This document shows positions 37,551 through 49,694 of a DNA stretch of 64,000 nucleotides, in pieces. Below the pieces are notes generated by a model. That model made no database searches and was not told the DNA's origin. It saw nothing but the letters and a program-made list of their open reading frames with translations. This DNA is from Narcine bancroftii (taxonomy: Eukaryota). The translations under genes were made by a program, and so were the position numbers. The number at the start of each line of letters is the position of its first letter. The stretch's first letter is position 1. Where the stretch lies: the NCBI RefSeq assembly GCF_036971445.1, contig NC_091472.1, positions 63,736,001 to 63,800,000 of the forward strand, given 5' to 3'.

Positions 37551-38565
37551 TGAGAATCAGAATTTATTGTCCTGAGCAAGTCATGAAATTCGATGTTTTG
37601 TGGCAGCATCATAGTGCAAACATTCATTTTATAACCATTAATATATATAAAAAAAGTAAAAATAATAGTGCACGAAAAGTAAAGCAGTGTCTATGGTTCA
37701 TTGATTATTCAGGAATCTGATGTCAGCATTGAGTGCTCATCATTAGGCTCCTGTACCTTTTTCCTGATGGTATCAGGGTGAAGAGGACATGGCCTGGGTG
37801 GTGGGTCTTTGAGGATAGAAGCTGTTTTTTTAATGACACCACCTCACGTAGATGTCCTCAATGGACATCTGATGCCCGTGATGTCAGACTCGTCTGACAT
37901 GCGTACATGCGAGAGCAACCCGGTAGAGGTTGTTGGAGGAGAATAATGCTTCCCTTGCCAGGATGATAAGATGGTCCACTCCCTGGAAGCTGCAGCTCAC
38001 CACGTAGAGGTTTTCGATGCTCGCCTCTCCTATCCTCCAGCATGGCCAACACCAACAACAGCAGTCACTGAGGGGCCCCACTTGGAAGAGATGATCGCCT
38101 CTGCCGATGCAGTCTGCCACTGTAAATACTGCGGGGCTTGTTATGGGTCAGACAGGTGCTCCCAGAAGAACCCCCTTTAAGAATGGGGTGAATGTGGTGA
38201 TACAACCACTACACTGGCCGCACTTCTACGAGCCTACTGCAGGGGGCAACCACGGTACCTGCAGATAGGCAACCTGGGAGGCTGGCCCCACCTTCCCACT
38301 GTCAATCACAAACCCAAATAAAGACTTGAGCCAGCCTCTTTGGGAGTCAGTTGGGTATGTGGAACCAGGAAGGTATAGAGAGACCTGGTGTGTACAGGTT
38401 TAAGCTGTCTGTTGTACAGTCTGTGAATTTTGTTTCTGAATTCTTCGCACAGCGGAGTTCACATGTTGACACCAGGAATCCGAAGTTCTTGACCCTCTCC
38501 ACAAATAAGACCTTGATGAGGACTGGGTCGTATTCCCACAACTTCCTCCTGAATTCCTGAAGTCT
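37551..38565 (-). mobile_element. Rex1/Babar 3' fragment interrupted by a Gypsy relic
   Basis: Tail agaatcagaatttattgtc; similar to 51621-52300; resumes at 38445 (VERVKNFGFLVST). Confidence 0.82.
37890..38430 (+). mobile_element. Internally deleted Gypsy relic: gag fragment, PPT and 3' LTR starting at 38193
   Basis: LLEENNASL...MVHSLEAAAHHVEVF parallels the gag at 57516 (LLEQRQLSL...ANILEVAIHNTESF); purine tract aagaatggggtgaa followed by TGTGGTGA. Confidence 0.7.
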
Positions 38566-39147
38566 ACTGAAATGATTAGTAGAATGCATAAAGCTTTATT
38601 TTGTGGAATTGTGAATCATCACATTTTGAGGAAAAGGTTTGAGTCAGTAATTTAATAGAATCATCCAGATGAAGAAAGAACCAAAACTACACGACAAATG
38701 ACTTGTTATTAACTGATGGAGTAAAACATTTCAAAGTATCAGAAAAATATTATCACACAAATGAAGGAAATAATTGACAGATAGGCAAAGCTTCATTAAA
38801 CAACTCATGGCTAACTAAAGGCAATGGATTAAACTCATAGAAGTGCCAGAGGATATAACAGAGTAGAGAATTTGTACCGAAGAATGCTATTGAGATACAG
38901 TGGTGCAAGATACAACACAGATTCATTGCTGGAAGCTCAACTTACAGTCAAGTACAATACTGTTGTCAATGTGTAGAAAGGTTTTTGTTATTCTGATATT
39001 TTTTTAATAAAAATTTGAATATATTCACATTTAATTATTTTACAAAAAACCTTCAAAGTCCACCCCTTTAGTGTTGTATCCATACAGTTCCATAACTGTA
39101 TATCATTGCACTCATTTGCTATTTAGCAGCATTGCTATGCTGATCAT

Positions 39148-39410
39148 TTTTTTACCCAAATTAGACTGTATTCATGATAAATTATTTACAAAAGGAGAAC
39201 CATTCAATGTCTCTTCCCACCCTCAATTTCATATCCATACATTTCCATTACTACATTATTACTTTCATACTTTTTATACCATAGCCAGCACTGTGGGACT
39301 TTGTCGTTACTCCACCCTCTGTTGTTTGAGGGACTTCCCCTCGGTCACAGTCTCAATGCCCAGTAACGAAAGGACTCTAGACTGTGGTTCTACCCTACAT
39401 TAGCCTCAAA
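39148..39410 (-). mobile_element. Tx1/Keno-like 3' end fragment (X0)
   Basis: Same 3' UTR as the copies ending at 41845 and 45640 (tagactgtattcatgataaattatttaca...ggactctagactgtgg). Confidence 0.8.
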
Positions 39411-39534
39411 ATGTCTGCAGATGTTGATCAGTCAGTGGATCGATCGTGTATCTGAACAGAATATGATTACGTCATCCATGTGCAGGGAGATCTTGTCCTG
39501 AGTGCCTCCACTGCCTGGCATCATCAATCCTCTT

Positions 39535-39888
39535 ATAGACAATAGGAGCTGGAGTAGGCCCTTCGGCCTGTCGAGCCAGCACCACCATTTTACAGATCAT
39601 GGCTGATCACTACCATCAGTACCCCTTTCCAGCCTTATCCCCATAACCCTTAACTCCTTTCCCCACTAGAGTCTTATCTAACTCTCTTTTGAACATAATC
39701 AGCGAATCTGCCTCTACCACCCTCTGTGGCAGAGCATTCCACAGATTCACACTTCTCTGGGTAAAAAAATGTTTTCTCATCTCCGTCCTAAAGGGCCTAC
39801 CCTGTATTCTTAAACTATGCCCTCTAGTCCTCGTCTCCCCCATCATTGGGAACAAGTAATCCGACTTCACCCTGTCTATCCCCCTGAT
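39535..39888 (-). mobile_element. Well-preserved CR1 3' fragment
   Basis: IRGIDRV...TRTRGHSLRIQGRPFRTEMRKHFFTQRSVNLWNALP. Confidence 0.92.
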
Positions 39889-40103
39889 GGATTCAGCAAA
39901 GAGTCTGTGCAGCACCAAGTAAGACTGGAGAGAGTGAGCAACCTTGCCTAACTCCAGACTTGATAGGGAAGTGATCTGATACCCACTCATTGATTTAGAT
40001 TGTGCTATGGATGTCAATGTAGAGCAGTTTTTAATCCCATTTCATATTCCCTTCCCAATGCCCATTTAGGAGAGCACATCCATGATATATTTTTGTGATA
40101 TAC

Positions 40104-40165
40104 AGGCAGCACAGTTGATTTAGGGGTTAGCACAATGCCTTTACAGCACCAGTGATCGGGATACC
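40104..40165 (+). mobile_element. tRNA-derived SINE head fragment
   Basis: ggcagcacagttg...ggttagcacaatgcctttacagcaccagtgatcggga resembles the A-box region of chondrichthyan SINE heads; B-box missing. Confidence 0.55.
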
Positions 40166-40344
40166 ATTCATCAATCTCAGCCTGTGAGAAGAAGCTATTT
40201 CCCAGCCTGGCCGTCAATGATACATTCTGTGAAATTTGGCATTATGCAATGTGGAAGTTATATGAACACCATATTACTGTATATACTTAGCAAAGCTATA
40301 TGGGATACTGAACTGACAATAAATTGAACTGTTTAATTTTGTTC

Positions 40345-41831
40345 ACTTTTTAAACTTTCATGTAAACACTTTATTATCCTGAGGAGAAGCTGGTACTGTC
40401 GCCAGGGGTGGGGGGTGATTCAGCCATGTACCCACTTCTCTGTCCCCTGGCTGGTTTGTATTCTCTTTCTCCCAGAGGTTGGGGGGGAGGGGTCAACACC
40501 TCTGTACTACTCCCAATCTACCAGAGCTGGGGGGCAGGGGGTTGGGGGACCCCTGGAGCTGGGGGAGGCGGGGTGGACACTGGTTGCTGTACATCCCATC
40601 ATTGGCCATTCTCATAACCCAATTTCTTCCTTTCTTTCCCCTCCATCTTGGCACTTCCTCAGTCTTGGTGCGGCGCTTTTACTAGCATGATTCTCAGATG
40701 AGAGGTTGCTGGCTTCTGTTGGCACCTTGACCCTTTTTTCCCCACTGCTTGCAGTGTCTGTTGCCAGGTTCTTCTGTGGGGCTTTTTGGGTTTTCTTCCT
40801 TTTCCTCACCATCTGCCATTTTTCCTCCACAGCTTTTTTCTTCCCGACTGGGATTTAAAGGTTGAAGGTGGATGTGCTTGAGGTCTCCTCTCGCCCTTGA
40901 TCTCGGCCTCTACCGGGGTCTCTGTTGCAGATGAAAAACCTTGCTGGAAGTGGTGATTTTTCCCATTTGCCCTCATTACCTCTGCATAGGTGGCTACACA
41001 GTTTGGGCTGGTCTATAGAAATGTCCTTCTTTCCCACTCAAGTTGTAGTACTTGCTCTCTGCACAGTCCTTGGTCTAGTGGCCTTCCTACTTGCATTTCT
41101 AACAGATGACTGCACTATATTTGGCTGCCATGTGTCAGATATGTTGCAGTTTCTTCACACCCTGTGCTGTCCAGCATAAACCAAGTACCCTCAATTTCCT
41201 CCAATGGCAAACACCATTGAATGTCCTTGACTGTGTATGTGGGTTGAACATGTGCAATGTTATCACTTGTTCCTTCTGTGGTGGAAGGGTGAAGAGTGGC
41301 TGTACTTTGAATAGTGAGACTGGACCCATGTTCCCCTTCTCCTGGAAATCCCGAAAAATCCTCTACCATCCTGCCAGGGTCTTGAGGGTCATGTCAAAAT
41401 GACTGTTATCCATGATGTTCTGGTGGCAATAGATGTCCTTTTACCCAAATTTGCAGCATTCCATCAAGACCTTCTGGACAAAGAGGTCAATGGGAAAATG
41501 GGGATCCTTTGCTCACATCCTTCACTGCCACCATAACAGTGTTCTAGATTCTTTGTCCTCCAGAGGAGTTTGCTGCCACAGCCATCCTCTTGAGGCTGGT
41601 GGAGGTGGCCTTACTGCTGGAAAGGGTATTAGATTAGTTTCCTAAACCTAAACAGCATGGATCCATCCCTGGATCAGCAAGCCAGCTCGCACCAGGCAAT
41701 CTGTTTCACTCCAAAGCCTCTCAATTGTCTTCCTCTTCATTCCTATTCCTTCTGGATACTACAGATGCTTCTCACAGATCCAATTGATCAGCTCATAGCA
41801 AGTGATCTTAGCCAAAAGGCCAAAGAGCAAT
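40345..41831 (-). mobile_element. Tx1/Keno-like element X1: U2 head, 5' UTR, ORF1 relic and its own AATAAA; no ORF2
   Basis: LFKVQPLFTLPPQKEQVITLHMFNPH is homologous to X2 ORF1; KWQMVRKRKK block; 5' UTR shared with X2. Confidence 0.8.
41803..41831 (-). pseudogene. U2 snRNA 5' fragment (nt 1-29) at the head of X1
   Basis: 25/29 identity to vertebrate U2 ATCGCTTCTCGGCCTTTTGGCTAAGATCA, including 19 consecutive matches. Confidence 0.88.
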
Positions 41832-41836
41832 CTCAT

Positions 41837-44800
41837 AATTTTTTTTAAACAAAAATAGACTTTATTCACAATAAATTATTTACACAAGGGAAACTGTTCA
41901 AAGTCTCTTCCTATTCTTAATTTTGTATCCATTCATTTCCATCACTGTACATTGATACACTCATTTCTATTTACACCATTACCACCACTGTGACACTTTG
42001 TTTCTTCTTCTCCTTCTATTGTTTGACAGGCTACCCCTCAGTCTCAGCCATCAATGCACAGTAATGGGAAGACTCTAGGCTGTGGTCCTTCCCCATAGCA
42101 CCTTCGTGTTGTCTGCACCAAAACCTCACTGCATCCCTCAACAGGTTATCCTGCACCTTGGAATGTGCCAGTTGGCAGCATTCATGCATCAACATCTCCA
42201 TGTGCTGAAAGACCAACTGGTTTTAGGCAGTCCACAGTGCCTCTTTCACTGCATTGTTGGTCTTCCAGCAGTTCTGGATGTTTGACTCTGTGTGTATCCC
42301 AGGAACAGTCCATAAATCAGTTCTCTGTCACACTGCTGCTGGGGATGAACCGTGTCAAGGATCCTTGCATCCTTCTCCACACATTCTTTTCAAATCTGCA
42401 AGAGGTGGGCAGCTGTATCCTTTCCACCACAGTCATCTCAAGAACAATGCATGTTGTGGGTGATGTTCTGGTTGTACAGGAAGGATCTGACTGGGAGGTT
42501 TATCTCACTGCCAGCCAGGTTAAGTCCTGATGCTTGTAAGTGAGCACCAGCGATGAGACATTCCACCACATAACTGCTCGGGGAACCACCTCACCAGGCC
42601 TATTGAATCCTCATCTCTCAGTGTCTGCAGGACGTTCCATGCTGGCCACTGCCTGATGGCCTTTTGGTCAAAAGTGTTGGTCTGGAAAAAACTTTTCCAC
42701 CAAGGATAGGTGGTGTGGCAAAGTCCAGCTCATTGGGATATTGCAGGCAATGGGGCCAGGCCCATCCTTCGCAAAACCTGGGACAGGTAGAACCTCAGCA
42801 CATAGTGACACTTGGTGCCCTCATAATTCACTTCCAGAAGTCTTACCTGACCCAAAGGAATGGATTGAGTCAGTAAGCTCCCCCATGGTAATTGGCTGCT
42901 CCAGTCTTTCCCTCTTGCTGTCGTCTAAAGCCTCTGTGATAGAGGATAGGAAGTTTTGGGAGGCCATTCTATCTGTAGCCTTTGTGTCATACAGTTCAAT
43001 ATAAAAGGATTTTCAGATCCTCTGTATGCCTGTCTACGACAATGTGACTGCACCATCCACTTCCTTAAGGATGTGGCTCACAGAGCTCTTTGTGAACCTT
43101 TTGGAAGAAGAAGAAGAGCACATCTCATCCTGCTCCACTGTGCGGATTCTGGATTGAAGGATGAATTTGGAAAACTCTAAGAGTAATAGGGAGGCTTTCC
43201 GGCTCTTCACCACTTGGAATTCTTCCCTCACATCCATTCCTCCCGACTACAGAAGGAGGAGTTGCTGCAGATCATTCTGGAGTTGGCTCAGTTCCCTCTA
43301 CCTCAGTCTTGCTCTCTGAGGATAAAGAACCTATTGATGTTTTCCTTGGTCATTTCCCACCAGGTCACTGAGGGGTCAAAGAAGGGTCTCAGAGTTCTCC
43401 AACCACTATACTCCTTTAGTTCCTTGACATTTTCTGGCAACAGCAGCTTCACATTCAGCTTTTACGTTTTGCCTATGGTCCTCATATTTGTGACAGGAGG
43501 TGTAAAGGAGGAAGTGGTCAGGGAAGAACACCATTATAACATCAGTGGTCTGACCATGACAGCCTTCGACAGGAAGACAAAGTCAATCCAAGACTAGGTT
43601 GAACCATTTGATCTCGACCAGGTGTCTGCAGCTGTGCTCCACCTGCAGGGTTGCTGAAGGTGCCGCACAGCTGTGCATCCTTTACTGTCTCCATCAAGAG
43701 TCTGATGAATCTGTCCAACCTGCTTTCATCACCGCCAGATTGTACAGCTGCATCAATGATGCAGTTGAAGTCACCGGCCAGAACACCAGCCTGGACGTCG
43801 CCAGCAATGTGCGGGCTACTAGAAGATGGCAGTCAGCCTCTCGCTTTGCATGGGCGAGGCATACATGTTGATCAGCCAGAATGGGGTATCACAGTACTTT
43901 AGGCCCACCAGAAGAAGATATCCCCCAACCACCTCCTTAACCATGGTGATTACAAAGTTGCCTCCCCACAGCAAGATACCCAGACCGGATGTACAACAAT
44001 CATTCCCCCGAGCACTCAAACAACTCATGGGGCCACCATCTGGATCACTTCCAATATATTCTGAGGTGTGGTAGCCCACAATCCTGTATGAAGGTTACAT
44101 CTGCTTTGACTTTGGCATCATGTAGTACTTTTAACACTGCACACACTGAGAGTTGCTACTTTAATCTCCATTGTTGTTCATAGGAGTCTCCAATTTGCCA
44201 TCTTTACAGTCCAGTCAGTGTCACTCAACTACAGCACTGATTCCAGGATCAGGAACAGGGGGTGATCTTACTCTGTGTGTTGGGTCTTCTCGGGCAAAAC
44301 AAATGGTGTTACTGGAGGGAGATCCACCTGTGCTCCTTTTCCTCCATCTCCTGTATTCTTCTGACATAGTAAGGGCCTCTGCACTGCTCCCAGTCTCCTG
44401 AAGCTGGGAGCTAATGGCCTCTGCCTTGCTCCCAGTCTCCAGGAGCTGAGGGGATCACTGGATGCTGTACATCCCATCATCAGGCTTAATTGTAACCCAT
44501 TTACCTCCTTTTTTTCTTTGTCTTTGCACTTCCTCTACCTTAATCTGGTACGTGCTGGTTTGTTTGCACCTGGACCCTTTTCTTCTTCCTGCTTGCAGTG
44601 TGAGTTGCCAGTTTTTTCCGTTTATGATTTTCTTTCTTTTCCTCACTGTCTTCCATTTTCCCTCAGCTCCTTCCTCCAATGACTCCACCTCCTCAGGCTT
44701 GTGGCTGGGGTTTGAGGGTGAGAGTTGAACCTGTTTGGGGTCTCTTTGCTCCCTCTGGTCTTGGTCTCAGTCAGAGTCTCTGTTGCAGTTGAGGTTGAGG

Positions 44801-45632
44801 GGATGTTGACTTCACTGGGGGTGGTGATGTTGGCTGCTTGCCCTCTTATTGCATGTCCACATGTGGCTCCATGTTTTGGGCAAGCCTATAGAGGTGGCCT
44901 GCTTCCCCACACAAGTTACAGCACTTGTTCTCTCCACTGTCCATGTTCTGGTGGCCTTTCTGCTTACAATTCTTACAGATGACTGCTGCATTGGGCCACC
45001 ACACCCCTAGGTTTGTGCAGTTCCTGCACACCCTGGGCTATCCAGCACAGACCAGGAACCTACAATTCATTCCAATGGCGAACACTGAGAAGGTGAATGA
45101 TGGCATCTTTGCTGTCCTCTCAAGCTTCACCTTCACTTGGCATTTGCTGGTACAGATTCCAAACGTGTATTTGACTTCCAATTGGGTCCCTGTCCTCTCT
45201 ATATAATGGTCCAGGAAGGTGAATAGGTCCATGACTGGCACATGTGGGAAGAACATGTGCACGGTTGTCACTTATTCCTATTGAATAGGAAGGGTGAAGA
45301 GTGGCTGCACCTTGAATAGTGAGAGTAGAGCCACATTCCCCTTCTCCTGGAAGCCCTGGAGCATCCTCTGCCATTCTGCCAGGGTCTTGAATGTCACATT
45401 AAAGTGACTGTTATCCGTGACATCCTGGAGGCAGCAGATGTTCTTCACCTCAAATTTGAGGCATTCCATCAAGACCTTTTGGACAAAGAGTCTCTCTTAT
45501 TCTAACAGTCCTCTCACCTGTCTTCCTCTTCTTTCCTCTTCCTTCTTGATGCAACAGTTTCTCACAGATCCAGATGATCAGCTCACAGCAGATGATCTAC
45601 ACTTAATTTTACCCAAAAGGCTGAGAAGAGAC
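41837..45632 (-). mobile_element. Tx1/Keno-like element X2: 5'-complete, ORF1 with CCHC knuckles and an internally deleted ORF2
   Basis: CRNC...CKNCKQKGH...CNLCGEAGH; endonuclease GNDCCTSGLGILL, LINMYASP, LAGDFNCIID; RT core largely missing; 3' UTR with AATAAA and A-tail. Confidence 0.88.
45597..45632 (-). pseudogene. U2 snRNA 5' fragment (nt 1-36) at the head of X2
   Basis: 30/36 identity to U2 nt 1-36, ending at AAGTGTAG and then switching to element 5' UTR. Confidence 0.88.
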
Positions 45633-46390
45633 AATTTTTAAAATTCCATAAATAGATTTTATTCACAATAAATCATTTACAAAAAAGAGAACCATTCAAA
45701 GAGTTTTCACTCCCATAATGTCAGTCATATCTATTCATTTCCATCAATGTACATTGTTACATTTGTTCACTAAATACAACATTGCCACCACTATGGCACC
45801 TTTTTGTTCTCCCCCTCAGTTGGTTGAGGGTCTTTCCCTTGGTCTCAGCCCTTCAAGCCCAGTAATGGGAGGACTCTAGACTGCACCAAGTCAGAGTGCG
45901 TCCCTCAGCATGTACTCCTGTAGCCTGGAACGTGCCAGTCAGCTGCATTCCTGGACCGACAACTCTGTATGCTGAAAGACCAATAGGTTTTGGGTAGACC
46001 AAAGAGCATCTTTCACCAATGGTTGACGGTATTCCAGTGGTTCTGGATGTCCAACTCTGAGTGCGTCCTCAGAAACAGTCCGTAGATCAGAGAGTCCTCT
46101 GTCATGCTGATGCAAGGGAAAAACCGTGACAAGGACCCTTGCATCCTTCTTCAAAGAGGTGAGTGACAGTTTCCATTCCAGCGCGCAGTCATCTCAAGGA
46201 CATGTGTGTTAAGTGATGTTACAGTTGTACAGGAAGGATCTGACTGGGAGGGCTCCTCTCACCACAAACCAGGCCAAGTCCTGGCGCTTGCTTGTGATCC
46301 CTGGCAATGAGGCATTCTGCCAGATGACCTGCTCACAGAACCATCCCACCAGGTCCATTGAGTGCTCATCTCTCAGTTTCTGCAGGTCAT
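45633..46390 (-). mobile_element. Tx1/Keno-like element X3, 5'-truncated 3' end
   Basis: VKDALWSTQNLLVFQH...ECS (Tx1 ORF2 C-terminus); 3' UTR homologous to X2. Confidence 0.85.
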
Positions 46391-48471
46391 TAGTACAAAT
46401 ATGATAAATTTGTTAAAAGAATTGATCAGATCTGTGTGAAGGTCTGGATACCTACTGCAGATAGCACAATAAAGTCACATAAACATACAGCATCAGTTTA
46501 TATGTTAATGCAGTGATGAGAAACTTTATGAAGGCAGAGTTGAGGTAATCTGAACTATTTCTGACAAAGAAATTAAGATAACTACCATTTTTTTAAGTTA
46601 TCAAATATTTTGATGATTAAATTTGGACTAATTGGGAACTTATTGCAAGCTCTCTGTGACAACAACAAGAAAAGAATTGTTCTGCAGGAATGTTTATACA
46701 AAGATAAAAGTGCCAGAGAGAGCAGATAAGAAAGATATTTTAAAGAACCAAAGGGTTAGCATATAAAAGTTCACAGGTTCATGATTAAATATTCTTTCTC
46801 TTGGAAGCACACATAGTCAAACTGACTAATTTAATTGGATCTCTGTTCTCATCCAATCTTATAAATTGTGTTTTGTAATATTAAATGTCAGAATTAAGAC
46901 AAACTTGCACACAAACTCAAGTCAAAAATTCCGATGATCAATTGGCAAAAATAAAACCTGTGAAGGAACTACAATTTGCATTTGAGCAATAAGTTTGAGA
47001 AGTCAGCATTTGATGCTCGTGTTCCAGTGAAGTGGTAATCAGCAATAATGAAGTAATAATTTCAGCAATCTGTGAAGATTAATTCTGAAAGCAGCACCAC
47101 TATGGTATTATTTGAAATTTCTAGTTTTCAGCTGGTGCATTTATTTGTTTTGTTTAATTAAAAAAATCTACATGGCTCTAATCAACATTCAGCAAGCATA
47201 ACATTTCTGCTCAGACATACGGCTGCAACTGAACTAGGTTACATCTTAAAATATGTACATTTCCCAGGAGACACTGAAGAGGCTCAAAGCTGGAAACAAT
47301 GACATCATTTCCTCTACATCATTGCCTGTACATGGTTGTTTACACATACAACCATTAATTCGAACCACATTCTAGGACACCACTGTACCCTGTCACAGGA
47401 CAGAACACCAAGAATTCTCAGAGATCCAGCTACAAATTAAGCCATTTCTTGCCACTGATTAAAAATATTGTGCAAATAATTAATTACATTCTATCCACTT
47501 ATTAAAAATAGATTACATATGGCAAGCTTTACTCTGTTTTAACCATCAGCATAAGCATGAAACATTTACCTTAATCCAATATGAAAATGCTAAATGCAAA
47601 TTTTAATGTCTAAATTTTAAAGGATGAACTGGAGCTTAAAATGTTCCACCCAAACAAAAGGATAATACCTCACGTACACATTATCATGAAAATAAATAAG
47701 GAAGCCAATGTTTTCTGGACAAGGGAATTTATTTGGAAGTTTTTCTCATCATCTTTGGTATGTGAAAACCTCGAGGGAACCCTTAATTAGATTTCCAATC
47801 AGATTTGAAACTCTCTTCCTAAAATTGCAGGTGCTGTGGGAAAGATTGAAATACGCATGATTATAAAAGCAAGACCTAAATCATGATCTCCCACAGCAGT
47901 GAATACACTACCATTTTAATTTTTTGAGGCTGTAATCCTGTCTTCAGAAATCTTTTTTTTTAAACCCAGCTTTATACAATGGGACATTGTCCACCTCCAG
48001 TTCCTTTCTTGATGACAGGTTTTTTATATTTTCTTCTTGTCTCAGCTTCCATTCTGTTTTCATTATTCACCAGCTGTAGTACTCCAGAACCAGCCACACC
48101 TCCAGCTTAAATATTCTTGTAGTTAAAATGCTGGCATTGATCCAAGAATGTTAAATATCCTGCAGTTACATGCACTCTACAAAAATCAGGGCAAATCTAA
48201 TTGAACCAATGACTGCAGAGTGAGTCCACTCTCAATTTTTAACCCAAGTGACAGAATATGTCACCAAGTAGTGATTGTGATTTTCCAGAACAAATCAGCT
48301 CCAGATTTCACTACATCTTCTGTACAAACGTGGATGAAAGAGCAGAGTTCCAGAGAGGAGGCAAATGTGACAATGCTTGAAATCAAAGCAGCATTTGACC
48401 AAATGTTCCACAAAAAGATCCAGGTAAACTTGAAGTCAATAGCATCAAGGTGGAAATAGTTTGGTGGTTAT

Positions 48472-49470
48472 CTTTGGCTTGGCTTCGCGGACGAAAATTT
48501 ATGGAGGGGTATGTCCACATCAGCTGCAGGCTCGTTTGTGGCTGACAAGTCCGATGCGGGACAGGCAGACATGGTTGCAGCGGTTGCAGGGGAAAATTGG
48601 TGGGTTGGGGTTGGGTGTTGGGTTTTTCCTCCTTTGTCTTTTGTCAGTGAGGTGGGCTCTGCGGTCTTCTTCAAAGGAGGTTGCTGCCTGCCGAACTGTG
48701 AGGCGCCAAGATGCACGGTTTGAGGCGATATCAGCCCACTGGCGGTGGTCAATGTGGCAGGCATCAAGAGATTTCTTTAGGCAGTCCTTGTACCTCTTCT
48801 TTGGTGCACCTCTGTCACAGTGGCCAGTGGAGAGCTCGCCATATAACACGATCTTGGGAAGGCAATGGACCTCCATTCTGGAGACGTGACCTGCCCAGCG
48901 CAGTTGGATCTTCAGCAGTGTGGATTCGATGCTGTCGGCCTCTACCATCTCGAGGACTTCGATGTTAGGAATGAAGTCGCTCCAATGAATGTTGAGGATG
49001 GAGCGGAGACAATGCTGGTGGAAGCGTTCTAGGAGCCGTAGGTGATGCCGGTAGAGGACCCATGATTCGGAGCCGAACAGGAGTGTGGGTATGACAACGG
49101 CTCTGTATACACTAATCTTTGTGAGGTTTTTCAGTTGGTTGTTTTTCCAGACTCTTTTGTGTAGTCTTCCAAAGGCACTATTTGCCTTGGCAAGTCTGTT
49201 GTCTATCTCGTTGTCGATCCTTGCATCCGATGAAATGGTGCAGCCGAGGTTGGTAAACTGGTTGACCATTTTGAGTTCAGTGTGCCCGATGGAGATGTGG
49301 GGGGGGGGGGCTGGTGGTCATGGTCGGGAGCTGGCTGATGGAGGACCTCAGTTTTCTTCAGGCTGACTTCCAGGCCAAACATTTTGGCAGTTTCCGCAAA
49401 ACAGGACGTAAAGCGCTGAAGAGCTGGCTCTGAATGGGCAACTAAAGCACCATCGTCTGCAAAGAGTAGT
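48472..49470 (-). mobile_element. RTE LINE, 5'-truncated and well preserved
   Basis: LLFADD; 249-aa ORF with LGCTIS...LLFGSESW...QLRWAGHVSRM...CNRCNHVCLSRIGLVSH; one frameshift at a G run. Confidence 0.95.
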
Positions 49471-49694
49471 GATTGTGGGTGTGACTCATTTACACCCAAT
49501 CATTTTGTTGATTTTTCAATGAGCTTCCTCAGACTCAGAAGCTTTTGCTGATTTTATTGTTCCATTCAATGCCATTTGTAAACAAATAAAGTTCATGTCT
49601 GCATCCAGCAAGACCTGGACAACATTCAGGTCTTTCCTGAAGATGCCACTAAAATGCCAGGCAATGATCTACAGCTCGAGGTTTTTCTTTAAAA

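Noticed and set aside
44846-45031. Host CCHC zinc-finger gene (ZCCHC3-like)
   Set aside because: It is a frameshifted ORF1 within a Tx1 element, followed by an endonuclease ORF2.
41803-45632. Functional U2 snRNA genes
   Set aside because: Only nt 1-29 and nt 1-36 are present, both diverged and fused to retrotransposon 5' UTR; no Sm site or 3' stem-loops.
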